A stretch of DNA of 64,000 nucleotides from a virus. The notes under the pieces were generated by a model. That model worked only from the letters and a program-made list of their open reading frames with translations. It was not told the origin of the DNA and did no database searches. Positions within the stretch are counted from its first letter, which is position 1; every line of letters begins with the position of its first letter. The stretch covers positions 32,001 to 96,000 of the IMG/VR virus record IMGVR_UViG_3300016472_000940. One strand, 5' to 3'. Below are positions 28,442 to 37,676 of the stretch, one piece after another. Position numbers and translations under genes: made by a program.

Positions 28442-29031
28442 TGTGAAATAATCTTTGTTGATGCAATAAAGATGTCATCGTTCATTGCGTAAAAGGAATT
28501 AATAACATCTCCCATAAAATTACGTATATCAAGATCGGACAAATTTGTACTATAAGCAAATGCAGGTGCCTTCTTTCCTGCGACAACGTTAATACCGGTA
28601 TGGCCGAGTGCGGCCGCATCCTTGACATGAACGATGCTAACACTACATTTACCTTTTGTTTGTACAACCCCACCTTGCGTAAACTCTTTATGTACCATAA
28701 GATCATCACCATCAACCTCGATAGGTGCATTAAGATACTTAGAACTTAAGATATTCGCCACAATCGTATTGAATAATCGCTGGTAGGCAATCGCACCAAA
28801 ACTTTCTGTAATCAAAGGTATCTCATATAGGAAATGTATCATATCTTCACTGTAGATAAAATCATTACTAAGTGAATCCTCTTGATCGATTAAACCTGCG
28901 GTCTCAACTTTTGCAGGTGCACGAAAAGCAATTATGTTACCTATAGGGAGACACTTCTTTCGAAAATATTTGTAAGCAAAGCGATTATGTAATATAACAC
29001 CATCATATACCTTAATATCTTCAATGATCAT
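28438..29031 (-). CDS. DUF366 family protein (biotin/lipoate-ligase-like fold)
   Basis: YDG..L, IIAFRAP, IYSEDMIHF, YQRL, DGDDL, KCSVSI, HTGINV. Confidence 0.7.
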   Translation of the reverse strand: MIIEDIKVYDGVILHNRFAYKYFRKKCLPIGNIIAFRAPAKVETAGLIDQEDSLSNDFIYSEDMIHFLYEIPLITESFGAIAYQRLFNTIVANILSSKYLNAPIEVDGDDLMVHKEFTQGGVVQTKGKCSVSIVHVKDAAALGHTGINVVAGKKAPAFAYSTNLSDLDIRNFMGDVINSFYAMNDDIFIASTKIISH

Positions 29032-29050
29032 GAAATGATTATAAAGCTGG

Positions 29051-29239
29051 TTATAAGTAAATCCACGTTATACTAATACCTATTCCAAGTACTGTCACTC
29101 GGAATATTTTACCATAATCATATTCGGAGTAATAGACGCCGGTATCTAGATTTGTTATATAGGGTCCGCATTCGAAACCATCCTCTGTTTTTTTATGAAA
29201 AAGGATTTTTGGAAAAAGGAAATCAATAATCGGTGTCAT
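29051..29239 (-). CDS. hypothetical protein
   Basis: Short ORF co-oriented with downstream operon. Confidence 0.5.
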   Translation of the reverse strand: MTPIIDFLFPKILFHKKTEDGFECGPYITNLDTGVYYSEYDYGKIFRVTVLGIGISITWIYL

Positions 29240-29477
29240 AGGTTATAATTTTGGCGCGCGCGCAAGTTGATAAGGTACTAGTGAATTGATGATTTTCGAA
29301 TCCTGCATAGAAGATAAAATCATTAGATGGTGAAACGCAATTCTGGCACGCAATCAAAAAATTCTTTCCATTTATTTTTTCCATATAAAAAGATTACTTT
29401 CTGAAACCCACAATCTATTATAATGAAAAGGATTAAAAAATCAAGTGGTAAAAGTTATTTGAATCTATATTTTTTAT

Positions 29478-29485
29478 TATAAATA
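29478..29485 (+). promoter_or_regulatory. T4-type late promoter of portal gene
   Basis: TATAAATA 4 nt before ATG 29490. Confidence 0.7.
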
Positions 29486-29489
29486 AGGT

Positions 29490-31295
29490 ATGCCCGAATA
29501 CGGAAATTCAGATAGCGGTAGAGAAAGTACCTTTGGCCGCTCACTAATGAATTATGTTAATTCACGCTTACCTTATCAGAGCTATACTGTTATAGATACT
29601 TTAAATAAGCTTAACCCCAAATTTAAGCTGTTTCAAGATACAGGTAGTAAGCGAACTGAAGCGCTAGCTAGGCAGAGCATAAGTTCAAACACAGGGTTTA
29701 ATAATATTGATCCTGCAGGCATTATAGGTCTAGATAATAATTTCACACAGTACATGTATGCTAATATACAGCATGACAAAATCTCTAGGCTTCGCGATTA
29801 TAGAGTCATGGCAGCTTTTGCTGAAGTAGCTGATGCGTTGGATGAAATTTGTGATGAAGCAATCAACAAAGATAGGGATGGTAAAATTGTAAAGGTAAAA
29901 TTCCCTGATTTAGAGATGAAAGCTGAAGACTTGGAGATATTGGAAAAGGAGTTTCAGAAATATATCAATCACTTTGATCTAGAAAATAAAGGATGGGAAT
30001 ATTTCAGAAGTCTTCTAGTGGACGGAGAGCTTTACTTTGAACATGTTGTCCACAAACAATATGAAGACGAAGGTATTCTCGGAACTGTTACTGTTCCAAC
30101 AGAATTTATTGACCCTATTTTCGGTAATGTACAGAATATGATGATAAAGGGGTTTTTACTACGTAAACCTGTATTCGATAAAACAAACCCCTCAAAGATA
30201 TTAGATTATGAACTAATACCGCTGGATAAAAACCAGGTCACATATATTAACTCTGGTATATGGAATGAAAACAAAACAATAAGATTACCCTTTATAGAAA
30301 ATGCAAGACGCGCTTATAGGCAGTTAAGTCTTATTGAGGATGCAGTGGTAATATATAGATTGGCCCGTGCACCGGAAAGACTGGTCTTTAATGTAGATGT
30401 TGGTAATATGCCCCCACCAAAAGCTGAAGCCTACTTAAAGAAGCTAATGAACCAATATTGGTCTTCAAAAACATATGACAAAGATCAAGGTGGTGGTGCA
30501 GTTAAAAAGTTTAACCCTCAATCAATTTTAGACAATTTTTGGTTTGCCAAGCGAGCCGGTAGTGAAGGCACAAAAATTGATAGGCTCGCTGGAGGTGAAA
30601 ATCTCGGCAAGCTTGAAGATCTAGATTATTTTCTTAAGAAACTTTATAAAAGTCTCAAGGTACCAGTATCGAGATTGAATGTTGATGATGCCTATAAAGA
30701 TGATATGAACATTCTTAGAGAGGAATTAAAATTTGCTAAATTTATTGTTAGGATGCAGCAGCAATTTTCAGAGGGACTAAAAAATGGATTTATTACACAC
30801 TTAAAGCTAAGAAAACTCTGGCAAGAGTATGATCTCAAGGAGAATCATATACAAATTGAATTTAATGTGCCGGTGAATTTCTTTGAAATGCGTGAAGCAC
30901 AAAAGCAAGAAATAAAAACAACATCATTTGTTAATATTACTCAATCTGATGCTGTGAGTAAAACCTACGCTCTTAAGAAGTATATGGGATGGTCTGATAT
31001 TGAGCTTCTAGCAAACAGAGAATTTATGAGAAAAGACATAGGCTTCTTGTGGGAACTTGAGCAAATTAAAGCCGGTGGTCCAAATTGGAGAGAAAATTTA
31101 CAAGCCGGTGCACCACCCGCTGCTGGCGGGGAAATGCCTGGTGGCGGTGGCATGGGAGGCGGTACTGCTCCGGGTATTCCGCCTGCATTCGGACCAGCTC
31201 CAACAGGAGGTGCACCAGAGGCCGGTGCACCAGGCCCTGAGGCTGCTGCACCAGGCGGCCCGGTGCCTGCTCCCGGTGGTGAGGTTGTAACTTAA
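29490..31295 (+). CDS. portal vertex protein (T4 gp20-like)
   Basis: YR.MA...EV..A.DEI, LIEDAVVIYRLARAPER.VFNVDVGNMP..KAE.Y, LYKSLKVP.SR, REELKF.KF. Confidence 0.95.
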   Translation: MPEYGNSDSGRESTFGRSLMNYVNSRLPYQSYTVIDTLNKLNPKFKLFQDTGSKRTEALARQSISSNTGFNNIDPAGIIGLDNNFTQYMYANIQHDKISRLRDYRVMAAFAEVADALDEICDEAINKDRDGKIVKVKFPDLEMKAEDLEILEKEFQKYINHFDLENKGWEYFRSLLVDGELYFEHVVHKQYEDEGILGTVTVPTEFIDPIFGNVQNMMIKGFLLRKPVFDKTNPSKILDYELIPLDKNQVTYINSGIWNENKTIRLPFIENARRAYRQLSLIEDAVVIYRLARAPERLVFNVDVGNMPPPKAEAYLKKLMNQYWSSKTYDKDQGGGAVKKFNPQSILDNFWFAKRAGSEGTKIDRLAGGENLGKLEDLDYFLKKLYKSLKVPVSRLNVDDAYKDDMNILREELKFAKFIVRMQQQFSEGLKNGFITHLKLRKLWQEYDLKENHIQIEFNVPVNFFEMREAQKQEIKTTSFVNITQSDAVSKTYALKKYMGWSDIELLANREFMRKDIGFLWELEQIKAGGPNWRENLQAGAPPAAGGEMPGGGGMGGGTAPGIPPAFGPAPTGGAPEAGAPGPEAAAPGGPVPAPGGEVVT

Positions 31296-31646
31296 TTAAG
31301 AAGATGGCTGTTCTGGCCAAATTACATCTTTTGGTGTAGCAAAATTCTTTGTAATATCCCTCAATGCCTGTCTATATTGCGCCCACGCCGGTATAATACC
31401 AGCACCAGTATCATACGCTTTTAATATTACCCAATCGGTATCTGCTAGTTTCTGATTTCTCATACCTCTAATAGTATTCCATGTAATGTTATCCAAGCGC
31501 TTATCTACAAACTTTCCATCCTCATAAGTCCAACCCTCCTCAACGTCGGAACCACACTCGCGACACTCTATATGAACGCCATCCGCGCCTGCGAATGGCG
31601 TTTCCCTTATATTGACAACTTCAGATTTATAAATTACAGCGTACAT
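31296..31646 (-). CDS. tail fibre assembly chaperone
   Basis: W..IR..RNQKLADTDW...W.QYRQALRDIT...VIWP. Confidence 0.8.
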   Translation of the reverse strand: MYAVIYKSEVVNIRETPFAGADGVHIECRECGSDVEEGWTYEDGKFVDKRLDNITWNTIRGMRNQKLADTDWVILKAYDTGAGIIPAWAQYRQALRDITKNFATPKDVIWPEQPSS

Positions 31647-31649
31647 ATA

Positions 31650-32561
31650 TTAAGAATATTTATATATCACAACAATTCCCGTGGCACCTTCACCGCCAGT
31701 GGTAGGTGCACCTGCAGTTGCTGCGCCTCCCCCGCCAGGTGCTTGGACTCTTGCTGTATTAGTTGTACTTCTTGATTTCTGACCGCCACCCCAAAAAGAT
31801 GCACCCCCATTTGCAGTTCGAACAACTGTATTTGCACCGCCATAGCCACCCCCACCGCCGTTAAGTCGTATTTGACCAACAATACCTGAGCCACCGTCTC
31901 CGCCGTTACCTGTGTTGACTATTGTATTGTTATTTGCAAAACCACCTAGTGCTGATGCATACACTCCAGCCGATGATACGAAAGCAGAAATACCACCATT
32001 CGTGGGAGTTACATCGCCTCCAGGCCCAACCTCCACTGTAGCTGTAGTTATGTTTGCAACATTTACATATGCCATAGCAGTACCACCTCCACCACCACCA
32101 CCTTCTACCACTGAAGTACCACCTCCCCCGCCTGTTACAATAACAAAAACATTTTTAACATTTGCATCTCTTGTCCAGGTAAACGTCCCAGGCGAACTAT
32201 ATACATCTACACCTAAGAATTGTCCACTTACAGGTACAGAGTTTATTACACGTGTAGCAATACCCTTTTGATTTATGTCGATAATTGGAATCGAATAGTT
32301 ACCTCCATATGTACCGGGTGTTATTGTATCAATATCCACCAAGCTCCGTGTTTCTACAGTATTTGAACCTATCCTACTACCTACTATCGATGAAAGGCCA
32401 TAATGTCTTGTTTGCAAAATATTATTATCTAATGCATCAGAATTTATAGAAGAAAGTGCATATTTACCAGTGGTAACTAATTGAGCTGAAAGACTGACGG
32501 TTGTGACAGAGTTTCTATCTAATAGTCCTTGAGTAATTTTTGTTGTACCGGAGATAGGCAT
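31650..32561 (-). CDS. glycine-rich tail fibre protein
   Basis: Decapeptide repeats, PGTFTWT..V.VTGGGGG, G.TGIVVIY; late promoter at 32568-32573. Confidence 0.8.
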   Translation of the reverse strand: MPISGTTKITQGLLDRNSVTTVSLSAQLVTTGKYALSSINSDALDNNILQTRHYGLSSIVGSRIGSNTVETRSLVDIDTITPGTYGGNYSIPIIDINQKGIATRVINSVPVSGQFLGVDVYSSPGTFTWTRDANVKNVFVIVTGGGGGTSVVEGGGGGGGTAMAYVNVANITTATVEVGPGGDVTPTNGGISAFVSSAGVYASALGGFANNNTIVNTGNGGDGGSGIVGQIRLNGGGGGYGGANTVVRTANGGASFWGGGQKSRSTTNTARVQAPGGGGAATAGAPTTGGEGATGIVVIYKYS

Positions 32562-32585
32562 ATCGATTATTTATGCCTTATTATG

Positions 32586-33014
32586 TTAGATTATTTTTTT
32601 ATACAAATAGTTAAGCTTTGTTTTCTCATAGTTTCTTGCATCGATTTCATCCGGGTCATTCCAATACTTAGGGTTAAGTAAAGTCATATCTCTCATAGAG
32701 TAACTAAAGGTAAATGGTTTTTTATGTATTCTATATTGGATAAAATGTCTTAACTCATGCAATAAATTTCTGCAAACTCTTCTTAATTTTATGTATCTCG
32801 GTGCATTACCCTTAGAACCGACCGCTACATTCAATGTATCTACCCAGTAATAATAATTACTATCCAGAGCATGCGGCATAATATTAATCTTTATACGGCG
32901 ATTAGTTTTACCTTCTTTTTTACACAATGTTAATATACCAGCTTCAAGCTTTTTTAGAGAAACTTTTTGTTTATCTAACCATCTCAATGATTTTCTGGTA
33001 AATTTTATTATCAT
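32586..33014 (-). CDS. zincin-like metallopeptidase domain protein
   Basis: LLHELRHFIQ and PDEIDAR; ATG overlaps upstream TGA. Confidence 0.65.
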   Translation of the reverse strand: MIIKFTRKSLRWLDKQKVSLKKLEAGILTLCKKEGKTNRRIKINIMPHALDSNYYYWVDTLNVAVGSKGNAPRYIKLRRVCRNLLHELRHFIQYRIHKKPFTFSYSMRDMTLLNPKYWNDPDEIDARNYEKTKLNYLYKKII

Positions 33015-33613
33015 TTTAACCAAACAGTGGTCGGGTCAAAAGCAGTTGTATCAAGAAAATCCCAAACATCATACTCAGGCTTTGTCTCTATACATGCTGC
33101 TTTTATAAGATTATTTAGTAAGCTTTGTAGGTCTTGAATGTGCCATACATCATCTAATAAGCGTCTACCTGACGTTCTGGTTTTATGTGCAACATGATCT
33201 GCGTACGAATAAGCAAAACCTGCAAAAGGAGGGATCATACAACCCAGACTTACCAGATTACCTAAAATTCTAGAAACTATTTCTTTACCACCAACAGAGT
33301 GCATTGTTACTATTGCACATGCAGGCTTTCCTACCAAATATTTTGATCCCTCTAATACTGTCATTTTTTCAAATAGCTGCTGCATCGGTGAACCCCAGCT
33401 ATCCCAGTAAGTACCTGAAGAAAAAATTAACCCATCGGCTTTCTTAATATTACGCTTAACTGTATTCCAGCAAAAGCTAGGATGCAAATGTATTGTTTTG
33501 ACCTTTACACCTTCCTGCCCCTTTAAAATCATCTTTTTAATTTTTTTGAGAAGCATCGATGTATTACCAGTGCGACCACCAAGAGCACCGTTGATAATCA
33601 GAATATTCTTCAC
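33011..33613 (-). CDS. NAD(P)H-dependent FMN reductase / flavodoxin-fold protein
   Basis: ILIINGA..GRTGNT, ADGLIFSSGTYW, GKPACAIVT...GG. Confidence 0.8.
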   Translation of the reverse strand: MKNILIINGALGGRTGNTSMLLKKIKKMILKGQEGVKVKTIHLHPSFCWNTVKRNIKKADGLIFSSGTYWDSWGSPMQQLFEKMTVLEGSKYLVGKPACAIVTMHSVGGKEIVSRILGNLVSLGCMIPPFAGFAYSYADHVAHKTRTSGRRLLDDVWHIQDLQSLLNNLIKAACIETKPEYDVWDFLDTTAFDPTTVWLK

Positions 33614-33619
33614 ATTCTC

Positions 33620-33648
33620 AGTATAACTGATCTTGTTGAAAAAATCAA
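33620..33648 (-). promoter_or_regulatory. sigma70-type promoter
   Basis: TTGATT-N17-TATACT, 6 nt to GTG 33613. Confidence 0.6.
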
Positions 33649-33652
33649 ATAG

Positions 33653-34417
33653 TTATTTTTTTGTAAATATGCCAAATACTTTTGCAAATACTTTTATGGC
33701 AGCTTTATAATCACTTGATGCTTCTGCATTAATATCAGACGTATACTGCCAATTAAAAGATAATATATCTGGTGTTTTAAACCCAAAGAATTCTAAAACT
33801 TTTTTCTGATTATTAAGTACATTTTTACCATTATAATTCTGACCAATCAATATTATACCTGCATCAATGTTACTTACAATATTACTCTCTCCTAAGGTGG
33901 TATGCCTGTTTTCTATCCAGGTTAATCTCTCTATCAACTTCTGGTAAAACATATTGGTTTGCCCCCAACGAACTGAAACAAAAAATACAACCGCATCACT
34001 TTCAAAAAGCGGCTTAGAGACTTTCCATAGTTCGTCGTTCTTATTATTAATTGATGCCCAGCACCTATGATAGCCGGTAGGATCTTTATCCTTATCTTTA
34101 AGTAATGCAGCCTTTACACCGCAAGAGTTGCCCTTACTAGATGACACATTACCCTCACATGGAAAAATCTTTAATTCAGGTATGTTAACTATACGGATAT
34201 TTTTACTAGGCAGCTGCTCTCTGATATAATGTGCTAGCTGCGTGCTCTTAGGCTTATCATCAGGATGCCCTTCCCAGCGATTAGACGTTGTAATAAAAAG
34301 TATGTTATTCTTTTTTTGTAAGTAAGAAATTAGTCGGTTGACTTTATTTTTATAAAAAATAGGACTATTCTCAATTTTCTCGAGAAGTACTTGTGCCGAA
34401 AGCTTTCCAAAATCCAT
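33653..34417 (-). CDS. flavodoxin-fold (iron-sulfur flavoprotein-like) protein
   Basis: ILFITTSNR, PCEGNVS..GNSCG...HRCWAS, SDAVVFF.SVRWG...QKLIERL; late promoter at 34422-34427. Confidence 0.75.
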   Translation of the reverse strand: MDFGKLSAQVLLEKIENSPIFYKNKVNRLISYLQKKNNILFITTSNRWEGHPDDKPKSTQLAHYIREQLPSKNIRIVNIPELKIFPCEGNVSSSKGNSCGVKAALLKDKDKDPTGYHRCWASINNKNDELWKVSKPLFESDAVVFFVSVRWGQTNMFYQKLIERLTWIENRHTTLGESNIVSNIDAGIILIGQNYNGKNVLNNQKKVLEFFGFKTPDILSFNWQYTSDINAEASSDYKAAIKVFAKVFGIFTKK

Positions 34418-34429
34418 ACATTATTTATC

Positions 34430-34457
34430 TTGATTTATTATAACTATCTCTTACTAT
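34430..34457 (+). promoter_or_regulatory. sigma70-type promoter
   Basis: TTGATT-N16-TACTAT, 6 nt to ATG 34464. Confidence 0.6.
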
Positions 34458-34463
34458 ATCGGT

Positions 34464-34667
34464 ATGGAAACATTCACGGCTATTATAAAAAATGTTTATG
34501 CCTCTGACAAATCAAGAAGCATCAAGGTAAGAGCAGAGGATACATGGCTAGCGCACAAATTAACCTCTGAGCATTATAACCAACTAAGAGAAGACGTAGT
34601 TACAATTAAAGATAGCCGTGGTAATGAAGTTTACAATCTAGAAAAAGGGTTTCTTCTCGAATCCTGA
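34464..34667 (+). CDS. hypothetical protein
   Basis: ORF with own promoter. Confidence 0.65.
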   Translation: METFTAIIKNVYASDKSRSIKVRAEDTWLAHKLTSEHYNQLREDVVTIKDSRGNEVYNLEKGFLLES

Positions 34668-34742
34668 TGCAATCAAAAATAAATATCTTTAAAAAGATAT
34701 ACAGATGCAATTAAAGTTCTTGAATTTATTATCTTGAAGTAG

Positions 34743-34976
34743 ATGAATACACTCACTCTTCAAGTTGTCGAACAAAGTAAAAGCGGCTCTTATCACGTCA
34801 AGCTTTTTGTTGATGAAAAAGAAGCAGGTATTTTTTATTTAACTGAAAAACAGTTTGATTTTTTTGTTAGTTCTTTCAGGCAAAATGCTCACGACAAAGG
34901 AATAACCTTTTCTGTAGAAAATCCGTTCGATTTTTTTGAAGAAGACGACGAAAATTATTTCGACGAAAATAATTAA
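34743..34976 (+). CDS. hypothetical protein with acidic tail
   Basis: ORF ending FFEEDDENYFDENN. Confidence 0.65.
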   Translation: MNTLTLQVVEQSKSGSYHVKLFVDEKEAGIFYLTEKQFDFFVSSFRQNAHDKGITFSVENPFDFFEEDDENYFDENN

Positions 34977-35008
34977 TTTTTTTCCAAAAAAAAATAATAA
35001 ATAATTGT

Positions 35009-35215
35009 GTGAAGTTCACGCAGTCAGTTGGCAAGTTCTTCTGCGAAGAATTCAGCACACATGTGTATGAAGATGCTCGGCGTCATAGTATTCTTGTGAA
35101 TATTGATCATGAATGGTTCAGTCAACTAGTCACAGGAATGGAGAAAAGAAGATATAAACTCGTACATGTAACTGAAATGCCTAAGTCGATCACTTGCGTT
35201 TTTTGTAAGCCTTGA
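35009..35215 (+). CDS. hypothetical protein
   Basis: GTG 5 nt after TAAATA. Confidence 0.6.
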   Translation: MKFTQSVGKFFCEEFSTHVYEDARRHSILVNIDHEWFSQLVTGMEKRRYKLVHVTEMPKSITCVFCKP

Positions 35216-35239
35216 TTATACTTTTTTATATAATATTAT
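35212..35239 (+). promoter_or_regulatory. sigma70-type promoter
   Basis: TTGATT-N16-TATTAT, 6 nt to GTG 35246. Confidence 0.6.
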
Positions 35240-35245
35240 AGAAGG

Positions 35246-35983
35246 GTGTCAAGATCTAGAGTTCCTGTTTTTAATGCCAAAGCTCACACCTACACAGACC
35301 CAGTAGATGATTTTGTTTATACAAGCGTTACAAGGTGGGTAGAGAGATTTAAAAAGCCTTTTGATGAAAGAGGCACGGCGGCGCGAATTGCCCTTCGTGA
35401 AGGAATTCCCATACAAATGATTTTAGATGAATGGGAGAAAAAAAGAGAGGATAGTAAAGTCTTTGGCACAGCTGTTCACAGACTACTAGAAATGTATTTT
35501 ACGGAGAATAAAATTGTTAATCGTCCTCTATCTCCCGTACTAACAAAATTTAAAAAACTAAACATTTCTTTTAATAAGAAAACCTTTTTTGAAAAATTAG
35601 TTTTTAACCGAAAACTCGGTATTGCAGGTATGTCTGATATAATTGCACACAATGACGATGGTCAAACGTTTGATGTGTATGACTTCAAGACAAACAAAAA
35701 ACTTAGATACACCTCGAGCTTTGATGATTTTATGCTCGAACCACTGCAGAAATATCCTGCATGCGAATATTTTTCATATTCTCTTCAATTAAGTATGTAT
35801 GCGTACTTATACAGTCAAATGTCAGGTCTAGAGCCCAAGAGACTTAAAATATTTTGGTATGAAAGAAAGAAGCCAGAAGACTATAGTAATTTAGAAGGTG
35901 AGTGGAGAGTTATTGATGTACCATATCTAGAAAACGATATACATAATTGCCTGAAGCATGAAAAGCAGAAGATCTTGGCCTGA
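35246..35983 (+). CDS. PD-(D/E)xK exonuclease
   Basis: SVT, GTAVH, IAGMSD, DFKT, YSLQLSMY. Confidence 0.85.
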   Translation: MSRSRVPVFNAKAHTYTDPVDDFVYTSVTRWVERFKKPFDERGTAARIALREGIPIQMILDEWEKKREDSKVFGTAVHRLLEMYFTENKIVNRPLSPVLTKFKKLNISFNKKTFFEKLVFNRKLGIAGMSDIIAHNDDGQTFDVYDFKTNKKLRYTSSFDDFMLEPLQKYPACEYFSYSLQLSMYAYLYSQMSGLEPKRLKIFWYERKKPEDYSNLEGEWRVIDVPYLENDIHNCLKHEKQKILA

Positions 35984-36377
35984 ACATGCAATGGCGCTAG
36001 CTATAGAGGCCTCAAAGCGTAGTGAGGACCCCTATAACAAAGTTGGTGCTTGTGCCTTAGGTTATGATAAAAGAGTTTTGGGGGTAGCGTACAATGGATT
36101 AGCTTCTGGTAAGAATGTTAAGAAAAAATTTTGGCGAAACAGAGATGAGAGACGACCATATATGATTCATGCTGAACAAAATTTACTAAGTTTATTTGGT
36201 CGTAATCAGGCTGAGCTTATAGCTGTGACACTTTTTCCCTGTTCGTATTGTGCGCGATTAATATGTACATGGAATATACCGATAGTTTATTATAATGAAG
36301 AATATAAGCATGATATCTATGGAAAAAGTGTATTTGATTTTTATGGTGTGAAATACTATAAATTGCCTAGAAAATAG
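35958..36377 (+). CDS. dCMP deaminase
   Basis: RSEDP..KVGAC, YNG, HAEQN, PCSYCA. Confidence 0.9.
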   Translation: MKSRRSWPEHAMALAIEASKRSEDPYNKVGACALGYDKRVLGVAYNGLASGKNVKKKFWRNRDERRPYMIHAEQNLLSLFGRNQAELIAVTLFPCSYCARLICTWNIPIVYYNEEYKHDIYGKSVFDFYGVKYYKLPRK

Positions 36378-36386
36378 TAGGCGCCA

Positions 36387-36394
36387 TATAAATA
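36387..36394 (+). promoter_or_regulatory. T4-type late promoter
   Basis: TATAAATA 6 nt before ATG 36401. Confidence 0.65.
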
Positions 36395-36400
36395 CATTAT

Positions 36401-37108
36401 ATGGCAGTAGCTACAATATCAGTAAACTTTGCAAACTCAACAGACACTGCAAACGGTTCATCTAATAGTACAAGTATTAATCCAGCAGTATTAAAAGATG
36501 CACTACAATCTGGCTCTAGTTTTTACAATATAAGCATTAATGGTGCAACGTTTAATAATAATGTTACTATTGCTGCTGGCGGCTTGACAATTACCTCGGG
36601 TGTTGCAACCATAGGTGGTGGGCTAACAGTTAATTCTGGTGGTGTGGCTGCAACAGGCAACTCTTCTATTGACGGTACTCTTACTGTTTCTGGTGTAAGT
36701 ACCTTCACAAACGGTACTACTTCAAGCTCTCCTTCTAACGGTGCAGTTGTTATTACAGGTGGATTAGGTGTAGGCGGCCCGATCAATGCAGCTGGTGATA
36801 TAACCGCGTATGCAACCTCAGATGTAAGATTAAAAACTAATGTTACGACAATTGAAAGTGCATTAGATAAGATTTTAAAATTGAGTGGAATTAAGTTCGA
36901 TTGGAAGCCGGAATCTGGACACGAAGGTACAGATTATGGAGTACTCGCACATGAAGTTGAAGCGGTACTACCTGAGATAGTAACAACTCGCCCTGGTGAA
37001 GAAAAGTATAAGGCAGTAAGGTATGAAAAACTAATTCCTGTATTAATAGAAGCTATTAAAGAATTAGCCTCTAAAAGCAATTACGGTAAATGCAGTAGGG
37101 AAGTTTAA
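36401..37108 (+). CDS. short fibre protein with C-terminal peptidase S74 intramolecular chaperone
   Basis: SDVRLKTNV..IESALDKI..L.G..FDWK...YEKLIPVLIEAIKEL. Confidence 0.85.
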   Translation: MAVATISVNFANSTDTANGSSNSTSINPAVLKDALQSGSSFYNISINGATFNNNVTIAAGGLTITSGVATIGGGLTVNSGGVAATGNSSIDGTLTVSGVSTFTNGTTSSSPSNGAVVITGGLGVGGPINAAGDITAYATSDVRLKTNVTTIESALDKILKLSGIKFDWKPESGHEGTDYGVLAHEVEAVLPEIVTTRPGEEKYKAVRYEKLIPVLIEAIKELASKSNYGKCSREV

Positions 37109-37638
37109 TGAAACTGCCAGCGTCTGGGCCGCTCTCTGTATCACAAATAAACACGCTAAAGGCGTTAGGTAATGTGCCAACATCTCTTGATGCACGAGAA
37201 CTTCAATATATGGGCGGTAACACACCTGCTAATGCTCAAGTAGCGGGTGTTTGTATGCCTAACCAAGCTGAAATGAGTAATACCCCACGGCCTGCAGGTA
37301 CGTCTAACGTTACTTGGACATACACAGGACCAACGGTAAGATGGCGCCCAACAAGAATTAGTGAATTCTACGCTGCATATAATGGCCTGCCAAGTATTGC
37401 TGGTGTTGCTGTACCTACAGGCGATGCAGCTGGTAATAACGGTCAGATTAGAGTTACATGCAGTGGCAGTGACGCTGGTGCACCGTATACTGTATATTAT
37501 AACGGTGCCTGGTATGTGACAAACGGAAGTAACCAAGCAACCTTCAATGTTTCTCGCGGCGCACGGGTTTTCTACGTCAGAGATAGTGAAAATTGCGGTA
37601 CAAATTTAGAAATAAGTGCAACTGTAAGCTACCCGTAA
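37108..37638 (+). CDS. fibre-tip / virion protein
   Basis: N-terminal LPASGPLS.SQI motif typical of genes following S74 fibres; TAATG coupling. Confidence 0.7.
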   Translation: MKLPASGPLSVSQINTLKALGNVPTSLDARELQYMGGNTPANAQVAGVCMPNQAEMSNTPRPAGTSNVTWTYTGPTVRWRPTRISEFYAAYNGLPSIAGVAVPTGDAAGNNGQIRVTCSGSDAGAPYTVYYNGAWYVTNGSNQATFNVSRGARVFYVRDSENCGTNLEISATVSYP

Positions 37639-37676
37639 CTTGATTCAAAATATTTTGTAGCTATATATATTATACT

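Noticed and set aside
29250-29312. TTCGAATCC resembling a tRNA T-loop
   Set aside because: No 5-bp T stem, acceptor stem or anticodon arm can be built.
30965-31320. Overlapping ORFs at the portal 3' end
   Set aside because: By-product of the GC-rich low-complexity tail lacking stops.
35246-35983. Cas4-like nuclease suggesting CRISPR
   Set aside because: No four-Cys Fe-S pattern, no other cas genes and no repeat-spacer array seen; ordinary phage exonuclease.
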